NCBI RefSeq assembly: GCF_001194135.2 | Contig: NC_068983.1 | Span: 22,195,709 to 22,259,708 of the forward strand | Length of the DNA: 64,000 nucleotides | Direction: 5' to 3' | Source of the DNA: Octopus bimaculoides | Taxonomy: Eukaryota | In this document: one piece after another, positions 54,060 to 64,000 of the stretch | Position numbering within the stretch: the stretch's first letter is position 1 | Layout of the letters: each line of letters opens with the position of its first letter | Translations under genes and position numbers: made by a program | Notes under the pieces: model-generated | What the model saw: the letters and a program-made list of their open reading frames with translations, nothing else | What the model was told of the DNA's origin: nothing | Databases searched by the model: none

Positions 54060-54290
54060 TGTTAAAGAGAGGAAGAGTTGTGGGGAGAGGAAGGGGAGAG
54101 TTGTGAGGAGAGGAAGGGGAGAGTTGTGAGGAGAGGAAGAGGAGAGGAAGAGCAGAGTTGTGAGGAGAAGAAGAGGAGAGTTGTGAGGAGAGGAAGGGGA
54201 GAGTTGAGGAGAGGAAGGGGAGAGTTGTGAGGAGAGGAAGGAGAGAAACGTGAGGAGAGGAAAGAGAGAAATGTGAGAAGAAAAAGGAGA
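54060..54290. repeat. 23-bp purine-rich minisatellite agagttgtgaggagaggaagggg
   Basis: ttgtg anchors at 54078, 54101, 54124 and onward. Confidence 0.85.
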
Positions 54291-54540
54291 GGTGGAAGAT
54301 AATTACATGGAGAGAAAATTGAATGTAGAATGAAGAGATATAGGAGGGAGAGATACAAGATGAAAATATAATTGAGTAAAGAGAATAAAAAGAGGGCAGG
54401 CGATAATGGGGGGAGATGAAGAGGAGAAGAGAAGTGTAATGGGAAGGAAGGCATGACAACAAAATGATCAACTAGGGACATACAAAATCATGAAAAATGG
54501 CTGCAAAGAAGCGAAAAACGACACATGCATACATACCTCA

Positions 54541-54580
<40 letters not shown>

Positions 54581-55103
54581 GGGGGGAGGATAAAAAATAG
54601 AGAAAGAGCAGAGAAAAAAATGTGGAGTGTAAGAGATGTAGCTGACATAGAAATAATTATATTGTGGACAAGAACTAACCCCTCTCTACAAACACTACAA
54701 CATAGTGAATTCTCATTAAAATAAATCTATATCTAGCTTCATTGCAGGACATTTTCTTCAATTTATGTCAACTGGAAATTCAAAACATTCTGACAGTACC
54801 ACTCATTTCACCTGGTGGTGGAAATTGGCAATGATGTCACAGAACAATGTCTAGTTTCTTTTCTTTCTACCCCTTAACAGCATCCTAGTTTTTCTTCCTG
54901 CACCCATACAGTGACTAATTCCGTTTAACTACTTCCTCATTCCCAACTGTCTCTGCTAAGTCTGAAATGAACCATAGTAAGTTTCCCCTCTACAGTTCAC
55001 CAATTGCTGTTCTGCTACTCTTCCTGTGTCCAATGCCAGCCAGTTAGGACATTATGGTTCTGGCAACAAAACTTGCCCCACGTCTAACAGGAACACATTA
55101 CAC

Positions 55104-55200
55104 CAGTGTTTCTCAACCATTTTTGGCATATGGACCATTTTTGGCATATGGACCATTTTGATTCCTATTTTACTCTAATGGACCTCCATAGCCATTCGTA
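55104..55200 (+). mobile_element. hAT-like (Charlie-type) terminal fragment with a short tandem duplication
   Basis: CAGTGTTTCTCAAC terminus, then accatttttggcatatgg twice. No matching right end found. Confidence 0.4.
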
Positions 55201-56270
55201 GTATATAAAAAACATCTTAGTATGGGCATCCAGCCATAGAAACCAAGCCAAATCAGACTGGAACTTGGTGCAGCTAGCCAGTTTCAGGTAAACTGTCTAA
55301 CTGATCATAGTTTATTGAAGCAGGCTTCATGCCCTTCTTGTCACCAACTCTCACCTGTTTTCAAACAAGGCAATATTTCCCTCATGGCCAGAAATGCTCC
55401 ACAGAATACTGCAAATGAATGACAACGCTTATATAACAGTCATTTACAACTATTAAGTGATGCCAACACAAGACGACGTAAACGTGCACATACATATTAT
55501 GACATCGTTTGAGCAAAAATAAATAAATGAATAAATAGATAAAAGTGATGGTGTGATTACATTTCTAGTGAGCAGTATGGCCTGTAGCTTTGCACTTTCA
55601 AAGTTTAGTGGAAATATAAATCCCTTGATAGAAAAATAGACAAGGGTTAACAACAGGAAGAGTATCCAGCCATAAATTACTGCTTCAAATATGTAACCAG
55701 CCAACCCATGCCAGCATAGAAAAACAGATGTAAAATGGATCATCACCTTTGTTTTAATGGACACTTTTCCATGCCCACATAGGCCAAATGGAATTTCTCG
55801 AGGAGGATTTTCTATGGATAGATGCTCTTCCTGTCACCAACCCTCACCTGTTTCCTAATAAAGCAATATTTCCCCCATGACCAGGCATGTCTTCAAGGAA
55901 GACTGGAAACAAAGGACACCACTTGACCACTTGCATGAGAATGTCATTCAAAACTATTATGCAATGTCAAAGCAAGAACACAGTAAAGCACACACACACA
56001 CAACACTTCCACATACACACTCTCTCATGTCCAAAGCTCCATTCACTTTGGTGAGTGGAAAAGAAGTGCACACACACACACACTCACACGACAGGTTCTG
56101 TCAGTTTCTTTCGACCAAATTCACTCTCAAAAGTTTTGATTGGCATATGTGTTCTTTCTCTCCTGAGATGACAGGGTCCAATTTGAGAGAGATTGAGCTG
56201 TGATTTCTAGCAGGTCAAGTAATATATCCAGAGGTTCTAACATTGATGTGCTTCTCTTGTAAAGCATGTA

Positions 56271-56325
<55 letters not shown>

Positions 56326-56466
56326 GTACACATGCATTTTTGTGTGCCCATATGGCAACAAATATTCAATGAACACCAAAATGCACATTTTTTGCATGGA
56401 CATTTCATGTTTGATGCAGTATATCTGTCTGCACAATGCAACACCCCAACACACAATTTTCCGCCC

Positions 56467-56497
<31 letters not shown>

Positions 56498-57719
56498 ATC
56501 TATATCCTTTCACTTCCAGTGCTCCCCCCCCCCCGTGTTCCTCTTTTTCTCTCTTCCACTCATTGTTACCAGTCCATTTATCTGTAGCTACCTTCACTTT
56601 CCCACTTCCTTTCATAATTCTTCTAGTTAAAAAACCATCTCTTAAAGCTGCAGGAACGAACATGCTAGCAGAGAGGAGGAAATTTNNNNNNNNNNNNNNN
56701 NNNNNNNNNNNNNNNNNNNNNNNNNNNNNNNNNNNNNNNNNNNNNNNNNNNNNNNNNNNNNNNNNNNNNNNNNNNNNNNNNNNNNNNNNNNNNNNNNNNN
56801 NNNNNNNNNNNNNNNNNNNNNNNNNNNNNNNNNNNNNNNNNNNNNNNNNNNNNNNNNNNNNNNNNNNNNNNNNNNNNNNNNNNNNNNNNNNNNNNNNNNN
56901 NNNNNNNNNNNNNNNNNNNNNNNNNNNNNNNNNNNNNNNNNNNNNNNNNNNNNNNNNNNNNNNNNNNNNNNNNNNNNNNNNNNNNNNNNNNNNNNNNNNN
57001 NNNNNNNNNNNNNNNNNNNNNNNNNNNNNNNNNNNNNNNNNNNNNNNNNNNNNNNNNNNNNNNNNNNNNNNNNNNNNNNNNNNNNNNNNNNNNNNNNNNN
57101 NNNNNNNNNNNNNNNNNNNNNNNNNNNNNNNNNNNNNNNNNNNNNNNNNNNNNNNNNNNNNNNNNNNNNNNNNNNNNNNNNNNNNNNNNNNNNNNNNNNN
57201 NNNNNNNNNNNNNNNNNNNNNNNNNNNNNNNNNNNNNNNNNNNNNNNNNNNNNNATATATTATATGACATACACACAGTAAAAAAAAAAAACTTCATATT
57301 CATATATACATGCATAATAACACATCTTTTATAATAAATTTCATATAAAAATTTAGGATGGAGGCTGAAAAATATTTTCTCTTTACACACACACACACAC
57401 TATATATATATATATATACATACATACACACACACACACACACATTAAAAATATACATACATGCACACACTAACACTTAAAGAAAGAGAATGACAAAAAC
57501 ACAGGGAAAAAATGCAAGACAAAAAGAGAAGTTGAAAGAGAACAGCGTGAGTGTTTTAGTTGTGACATAATAGAAGGGTGGAAAAGGAATACAACAGCAA
57601 CAACAATATTCCAAGAAGTCTAACAGTGAATTCTATGTGAAAAACACAGCAACAGATTTCTTAATATTGATTGATTGACTCTTTCACTGAAGACTTGAAA
57701 GCTTTAAAGACAAAATATC

Positions 57720-58800
57720 ACAGCAGAGGAAAAAGTTGGATGATGATAAAGAATGGGAGAAGGGGGCAGAGGAGAGCGAAACAGAAGGGGGAGGTGGAGA
57801 GAAAGACTAGGAGAAAATGGCTAAAAAAAAAAGAGAGAGAAAGATAAGGAGATGAAAGTAGAGGAGACGATAAGTGAGGATAGAAAAAAGGGGGAAAGAA
57901 AAGTAGAAACTGAAAAAAATAAGGAGAAAGAAACCGAAGGTGCAAGAGAAAGAGAAAGAGAAGAAAGAAAGTTAAGGGGAAGGAAAAAGAGGGTGAAAGG
58001 GAGAAGAAACTAGTGGAGAGAGTAGGGAGGATTTGGAGGGGAGAACTTAGCAGAAAGGAAGGAAAAGACCCAGGGAGAGAGAATAGGACCTAGGGGTTTG
58101 GAGAGAGGGGGGAGGNNNNNNNNNNNNNNNNNNNNNNNNNNNNNNNNNNNNNNNNNNNNNNNNNNNNNNNNNNNNNNNNNNNNNNNNNNNNNNNNNNNNN
58201 NNNNNNNNNNNNNNNNNNNNNNNNNNNNNNNNNNNNNNNNNNNNNNNNNNNNNNNNNNNNNNNNNNNNNNNNNNNNNNNNNNNNNNNNNNNNNNNNNNNN
58301 NNNNNNNNNNNNNNNNNNNNNNNNNNNNNNNNNNNNNNTGAGAGAGAGAGAGAGAGAGAGAGAGGGCAGAAGAAAGAGGGTCTTGGAAGAGAAGGATTTG
58401 TAGGAAAGAACCTAGGGAAGAGGTCTTATGGCAATGAGGACCAGATGCGGGGGGGGGGGTTAGAGAAAAGCCAAGCAGGGTGGAGAGAAATACTAAGGAG
58501 AAGTGAAGGACCAAGGACAGCCCAAGACAAAGATCAAGGACACAATGATAGAAAGACGTAAAATGGAAGTGAATATGGTAGAGGATGAGACAAGTGTGTA
58601 ATGGTGGGAAACAAAAGACAATGGGATATGGAGAAAAAGAGAGGATAGAGAAAGAGAAAATAAAGAGAGAAAGACAGAAACTAAAATAGAGTGAAGAAAT
58701 AAAAGAAAGAAAGAAGAAACAGTAGATAGGAAAGAATGGGGAAAAAAATAAATCATATAAAAGTAAAGAATAAAGAAAATGCACAAGAATATAGAGAAAC
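57720..58800. repeat. >1 kb purine-rich low-complexity tract, gapped
   Basis: Strong G/A excess on the + strand. Confidence 0.8.
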
Positions 58801-59557
58801 AAAGATCAATTGTAAAGATTCTAATGTAATTTATTCTCTGAAGTGTCCAACTGTAGCGAGTTTGGTAAATATAAAAGCTATGGAAGAATGGATACCTACA
58901 GCTTAATGCTCAATGCTGAACCTTTCTACAAGTGACCTTGGAGCTGATGTAGCAGCAATTCCTTTGTGTCCCAGAAAATAGGTGAGAAGTAAAAATTCGC
59001 CCACACTAAAGACACAAGAAATCAATTAATCTATATTTTTCTTCCAGACTCCAAGCAAAAAAAACAAAAAAAAACTAGTACAAACACTAATCTTACTGTT
59101 ATCCATTGCCACTATCTGTGACTGGTTCTTAATGAATGACTTATTTAGATCAAAGAGATTATGGGAAACACCTTTCTTCTTGGCAAGGAAAACAAGATTG
59201 GAGAGACAGAATATAGATGAGAGAAATACACAGAACACACATGTGTATATGTTTGCATGTGGAATTAGGCTTAGAAATTCGTAAGTCATTATATGTATTC
59301 ATTAGGTTTGATACACACTTCTAATATAAACATGTGCATTATATGTATATGCACATACATGCAAACATAACAGGAATGTAGTGCTAAAAATGGAGGCAGT
59401 GTGGTTTTTGAAATTGCCAAAAATACACCACATAGCTACCGTAAACATTATCACAGTTAATGGCAATGTTCAGCAGGATTTAGCTTATGTAAGGTGAGTG
59501 CTTTCTCATTCTGAAGATAAAACCTATGAACAAAAAAGCTACAAACATGCGTATCCA

Positions 59558-59850
59558 AGAAAACCAAATGCAAATAAATGGCTTGTGAGAGCTATGCAAG
59601 CTATGTACAAAGATGCTGTCAGTAAGGTGAGAGTTAGAAATGAGTTCAACATAATAATTTAGCATATAAGTAAGTGTCCATCAGGGCTCAGTTATCAAAT
59701 CCCTCCTGTGAATTGTAGTTCTCCAGCTCATAACAGAGAATGAAACTGATGTCTAGGACAATATTTGCATGCTGGTGAGCTAGTTCTTGTAGCTAAATGT
59801 GTTAACGAAATAATGAAGATATACCAGGGAGCAAAACCTAGAATCAAGAA
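59558..59850 (+). pseudogene. Decayed RTE-clade LINE reverse transcriptase, 5' part
   Basis: KWLVRAMQAMYKDAVSKVRV...VSVHQGSV matches RTE RT motifs (WLVRAVQAMY, GVHQGSVLSP). Contains stops and frameshifts. Confidence 0.8.
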
Positions 59851-60069
59851 GTCTATTGATACCAACCAACCCACCCATGACAGCCTTTGGTATGATACAA
59901 ACTTCAGGTTTTAAATGATCAAAATTAAAACTCATCAAAATTTCATGCTAAGTTATGTTTTAAACATCAACTAAAAAAGGAAAATTTAATTTTTCATTAT
60001 TTCAAAATTAACTGAAACAAAAGCAGTATATTTCTGAAGAAATATGGTAACAAAGGGGGCCAGGGATCA

Positions 60070-60910
60070 AGTAAACCAAGTAAAGACAACAGCTTCCATT
60101 AGAAAGAAAGAAGAGAAGTTTCTGCTGTCATCTGGGAAGTGGCCTTGCTCAATATTCAGAAAAAAGTGTAAAGGAGTATGTAGAAATTTTGCACAGAATA
60201 GCTAGTGCAAACTATGAGTGCATAAGAGATGAAATAGGGATCACAACCAGGAATTTGTATGAAGCAGATGCATGGGAGTAGTTAGCAGGAAGAACAACTG
60301 TGAAATAAACTATTTCATATGCTCAAACGGATTCATAGAAATGGTTGATAGATTCTGTTATCTAGGAGGGTAATTATCAGCATGGAAGGGTGATCTGAAA
60401 GAATAGTAGTCACATTAAGCTGAAGGTGATGTAGGTTCATGGGGCTATTAACTTTCCTGACAATAAAGGGATTCTCTCTCTCCAACAGAAGAGCAAATTG
60501 TATAATGCATGTGTATGAAGTGTAATATTGCACAGCTATTGAATATGTAAGATATGCAATTGAATACAGATAGATGCAAGTCAAATGTTCTTCTGCTGAA
60601 TGTGCAATGTTAGTGTGAATGAAACATGGAACAGAATCAGGCTGAGAGAAAAACAGTACAAGAGGGATCAGATGTAGTGCACAAGAGTGACCAAATAGTA
60701 CTGGTATGGACATATGGAAGATGGCATTTGGAAAGAAAAAAAAGTGCTGAGAACAATGTTAGCAGTAACCGAACACTGAAGACCAAGTCCAGCAGCACAA
60801 GTTACAGGATGAGTTACAGGATGAGTACCAAAAGACTACCACACCAATTTTTGTGGTGGCAACAACCCAAGCACTGGAGAATTCAGTGCAGCACACCAAA
60901 GACATAGGCA
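60070..60910 (+). pseudogene. Decayed RTE-clade LINE ORF, 3' part
   Basis: SGKWPCSI Cys-rich insert, EMVDRFCYLG (the YLG motif), and WYGHM remnants. Collinear with 59558-59850 and separated from it by a ~200-bp insertion. Confidence 0.75.
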
Positions 60911-61017
60911 AAACAAATTGAGGAAGAGCTGAAGTACTTATGCCATCAGTCCCCTCTGCTGAACCACTAAGTTACGGGGAGCATAAACAAACTAATACCA
61001 GTTGCCAAGCACTGGTC

Positions 61018-61049
<32 letters not shown>

Positions 61050-61404
61050 ATTTCAGTCTCTCTCTGTCAAATCTACTCACAAGGTTCTGGTCAGCCCAAG
61101 GCTATATAGTAGGCAACACTTGCCCAAGATGCCATGTAGCTGTCCATGTAGTTGGGAAGCTGCATGTAATTTCAAGCAGACATAGATAACCTCATGATTC
61201 TCCCTACCACTCAACACAATGGAATATCCAGGAAGTGACAGTTGAGATGGTAGCACCAACAGTCAGCTAGTACCTCATTTCTACTGAATAGACTGGGCCA
61301 CACAAAATGAAATGTCTTGCTCAAGGACACAATAGACTATCTATTCCAAGAATTAAACACACAACATCCTAACCTCCAGGCCGCATGTCTTCATAACACA
61401 TACA

Positions 61405-61728
61405 TGGCACTCCATTGGTTACAAATGACAAGGGTTTCAGTTGATCCGATCAATGGAACAGCCTGCTCATGAAATTAATGTGCAAGTGGCCGAGCACTCC
61501 ATAGACACATGTAACGTTAATGTAGTTCTCAGAGAGATTCAGCGAGGCACAGAATGTGACAAAGCTGGCCCTTTGAAATACAGGTACAACTCATTTTTGC
61601 CAGCTGAGTGGGCTGGAAAAATGTGAAATAAAGTGTCTTGCTCAAGGAAACAATACACTGTCAAGTATGAAACTCAGGACCTTACAATCATGAACTGATT
61701 ACCCTAACCACTAAGTCAAGCAGTTTCA
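61405..61728 (-). mobile_element. Chimeric SINE: family B central module plus family C 3' module
   Basis: Contains cactcagctggcaaaaatgagt (as at ~50790) followed by ttcaaagggccagc...gagtgcca (as at 44395 and 6445-6520). Confidence 0.75.
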
Positions 61729-61740
61729 CAACATATATGC

Positions 61741-61790
<50 letters not shown>

Positions 61791-62096
61791 GCACCTTTAT
61801 AGGCATAAATATCATTTAACATCCATGTTTCATGCTGGCATGGGTTGGAAGGTTTGACAAGGATCTAAAGAGTTAAAGGACTGCATCATATTCCAGTGTC
61901 TATTTTGGCATGGTTTCTGCAACTGGATGCCCTTCCTAATGCCAACCACTTTACAGTGTGTACTGGGTACATTTGTTCATACCACCAATACTACTGGGGG
62001 TCACCGTGTAACTTGCAAGTCAATGCACACACACACATCCTGTGCAGCTCATAGCAGCATGGAAAATAGATATTAAATATTGATGATCACACACAT

Positions 62097-62145
<49 letters not shown>

Positions 62146-62915
62146 GAGAGACACAAAGAGAATCAAAAGAAGAAAACAGGAACATCTGCAACAAATTAAG
62201 CTTTTATCAAAATGATAATGTGGATAAACTTGTCTAATTTTGTGGAAACCATTTTCAGAAACTATAATTTAATAAAAATATCTAACATAGGTAATGTTTC
62301 TATGGCACCATTTACCTGACCTAATCAATCCAATATAATATATATATAATTATTGACTTGAAAGAAACTAGTTTAGGAAATACATTCAAAGTAATTATCT
62401 CTTCAAACATTATTTTTTCCTCCTCCAACCCTCCCTCATCTCTCTCTCTCTCTCTCTCTCTCTGGCAGAAATGACTGAGCAGCAGTGAAGAATTTTTGAT
62501 TGCTGATTATGATTCTCAGATTTTAGGTTCAAATTAAATTATAAGCAGTGTGTTTGTGTGTGTGTGCGCGCGTGCACATATGAACTACATTTCAACAGTA
62601 AACAATATTTTTTTGCAGAATGTCACTTAATCATGAAGATAAAACTGTGAGTACTTCTATGCATATGTTTGCGCATGTGCATATGTGTGTGTGTGTTATT
62701 GTTTTTAGTCCATGGAATATGATTGTTGTTGTTGTTGTTTGACCCCAAGCCAAATTTGATCAATCTTCTACTCCATGCATCTTTCCTTTAAGATAAGACG
62801 GAGAGATTTGAGTGAGATCTGGCTGTTAATTGTAGCAGCTCAAATAACTACATAGAGGGAGGCTCCTGCAATAGCTTTAAGAGGATCCTAATGGTCATAA
62901 AATAAAGACAGAAAT

Positions 62916-63236
62916 CTCAAACAGAAGTAAACAGTAGCTCAAATAGAGCTTAACAATGGCTCAAACAGAATTCAACAGTACCTCAGTGTTCAGCAAAACC
63001 CCAAACAGAGCTCAACTGTACCTGAAACAAAGCTCGACTGTACCTCAAACAAAGCTCGACAGTACCTCAAACAAAGCTCGACAGTACCTCAAACAAAGCT
63101 CGACTGTACCTCAAACAAAGCTCGACAGTACCTCAAACAAAGCTCGACAGTACCTCAAACAAAGTTCGACAGTATCTCAAACAAAGCTCGACTGTACCTC
63201 AAACAAAGCTCAACAGTACCTCAAAGCTCAAACAGA
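62916..63236. repeat. 22-bp minisatellite c(a/t)gtacctcaaacaaagctcga
   Basis: Nine near-identical units at 63016-63213, with degenerate units to the left. Confidence 0.92.
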
Positions 63237-63479
63237 AGAGGAAAGTAGTTTCAAACTGATTGCAAAAGCTGAGAGGAAAGTTGCATTACTGAAATGACAT
63301 GGTTTTGAAACAAACTTCTTAACCACAGAGCCACGACTGCACCTATGATATAAAAAAGACAAGTTGCTCTTAAGTTAAAACCAATACCCATATGTGTTTA
63401 GAAAGTTCAATACAATCTCTCTTGTTCTGTGTGTGTGTGTATAACAGAAGTGTTAAAACCGACCCTTCTGGTTGTGTAA

Positions 63480-63862
63480 AGCACTCATGGTGGTGCCACA
63501 TGAAAGCACCCCTGTGGTGATATGTAAAAGCACCCAGAACACTCTGTAAAATGGTTGGCGATAGGAAGGGCATTCCACCATAGAAACCATGCCAAAACAG
63601 ACTGTAGTCTGGTAGTCCCCTGGCTTGCCAGCTCTAGTCACGCTGTCCAATTCATGCCTGCAAGGACAACCAACATTAAGCGATGATATATATCATCATC
63701 ATCATCGCCGTCGTTTAATGTCCGCTTTCCATGCTAGCATGGGTTGGACAATTTGACTGAGGACTGGTGGACCAGGAGGCGACACAAGGCTCCAATCTGA
63801 TTTGGCAGAGTTTCTACAGCTGGATGCCCTTCCTAACGCCAACCACTCTGAGAGTGTAATGG
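63480..63862. mobile_element. Tail-to-tail pair of RTE 3' ends (+ 63480-63690, - 63692-63862)
   Basis: Both carry the aggaagggcatcc motif in opposite orientations and meet at a gatgat/atcatc junction. Confidence 0.7.
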
Positions 63863-63888
63863 TATATATATATATATATATATATATA

Positions 63889-64000
63889 TCTATATATATA
63901 AAAATGAGAATGTGTGTGTGTCTGTCTGTCTGTCTGTCTGTGTGAATCCCTAAAACTCGAGAACTACGCAACCAATTTCATTCAAATTTTACACATGCCT
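63889..64000 (+). mobile_element. Probable 5' end of a non-autonomous Helitron-like element
   Basis: A|TCTATATATATAAAAATG, then (GTCT)n, then aaaactcgagaactac.caaccaatttcattcaaatttt. This layout is typical of Lep1/DINE-like elements. Truncated by the window edge. Confidence 0.5.

Noticed and set aside
59090-59190. Minus stretch VSHNLFDLNKSF resembling forkhead VRHNLSLNKCF
   Set aside because: Key residues differ, and the phase-1 donor is incompatible with the phase-0 SIGKG exon.
62956-63297. 113-aa repetitive ORF; also considered as a CRISPR-like array
   Set aside because: Direct tandem 22-bp units with no spacers; this is a minisatellite in a eukaryotic intron.

Overview
This is an AT-rich eukaryotic genomic window from a gapped draft assembly, with about 12 N-runs. 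The repeat families and microsatellite load point to Octopus; the species call is an inference. One host-gene exon is recognisable: a minus-strand FoxN2/3 (FOXN3/CHES1-like) exon at 36707-36858, which the ORF track missed. I found no other FoxN2/3 exon, so most or all of the window is probably intron. On the opposite strand is a 481-aa ORF (27046-28491), single-exon in its coding part, with a probable 5'UTR intron. It encodes a protein I do not recognise, with a Trp-rich 48-aa internal repeat, and lies in a roughly 6 kb CpG-retaining domain. The rest is transposon-derived or simple repeat: several tRNA-headed SINE families that share modules, RTE LINE fragments and 3' ends, a piggyBac-type TTAA MITE, a deleted mariner, and minisatellites. 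There is also a set of minimal hammerhead-ribozyme motifs of the Penelope/retrozyme type. One of these (39024-39082) has an intact catalytic core and is in the sense of the FoxN2/3 pre-mRNA. Nearly all short ORFs in the supplied track are spurious products of microsatellites, repeats or gaps.
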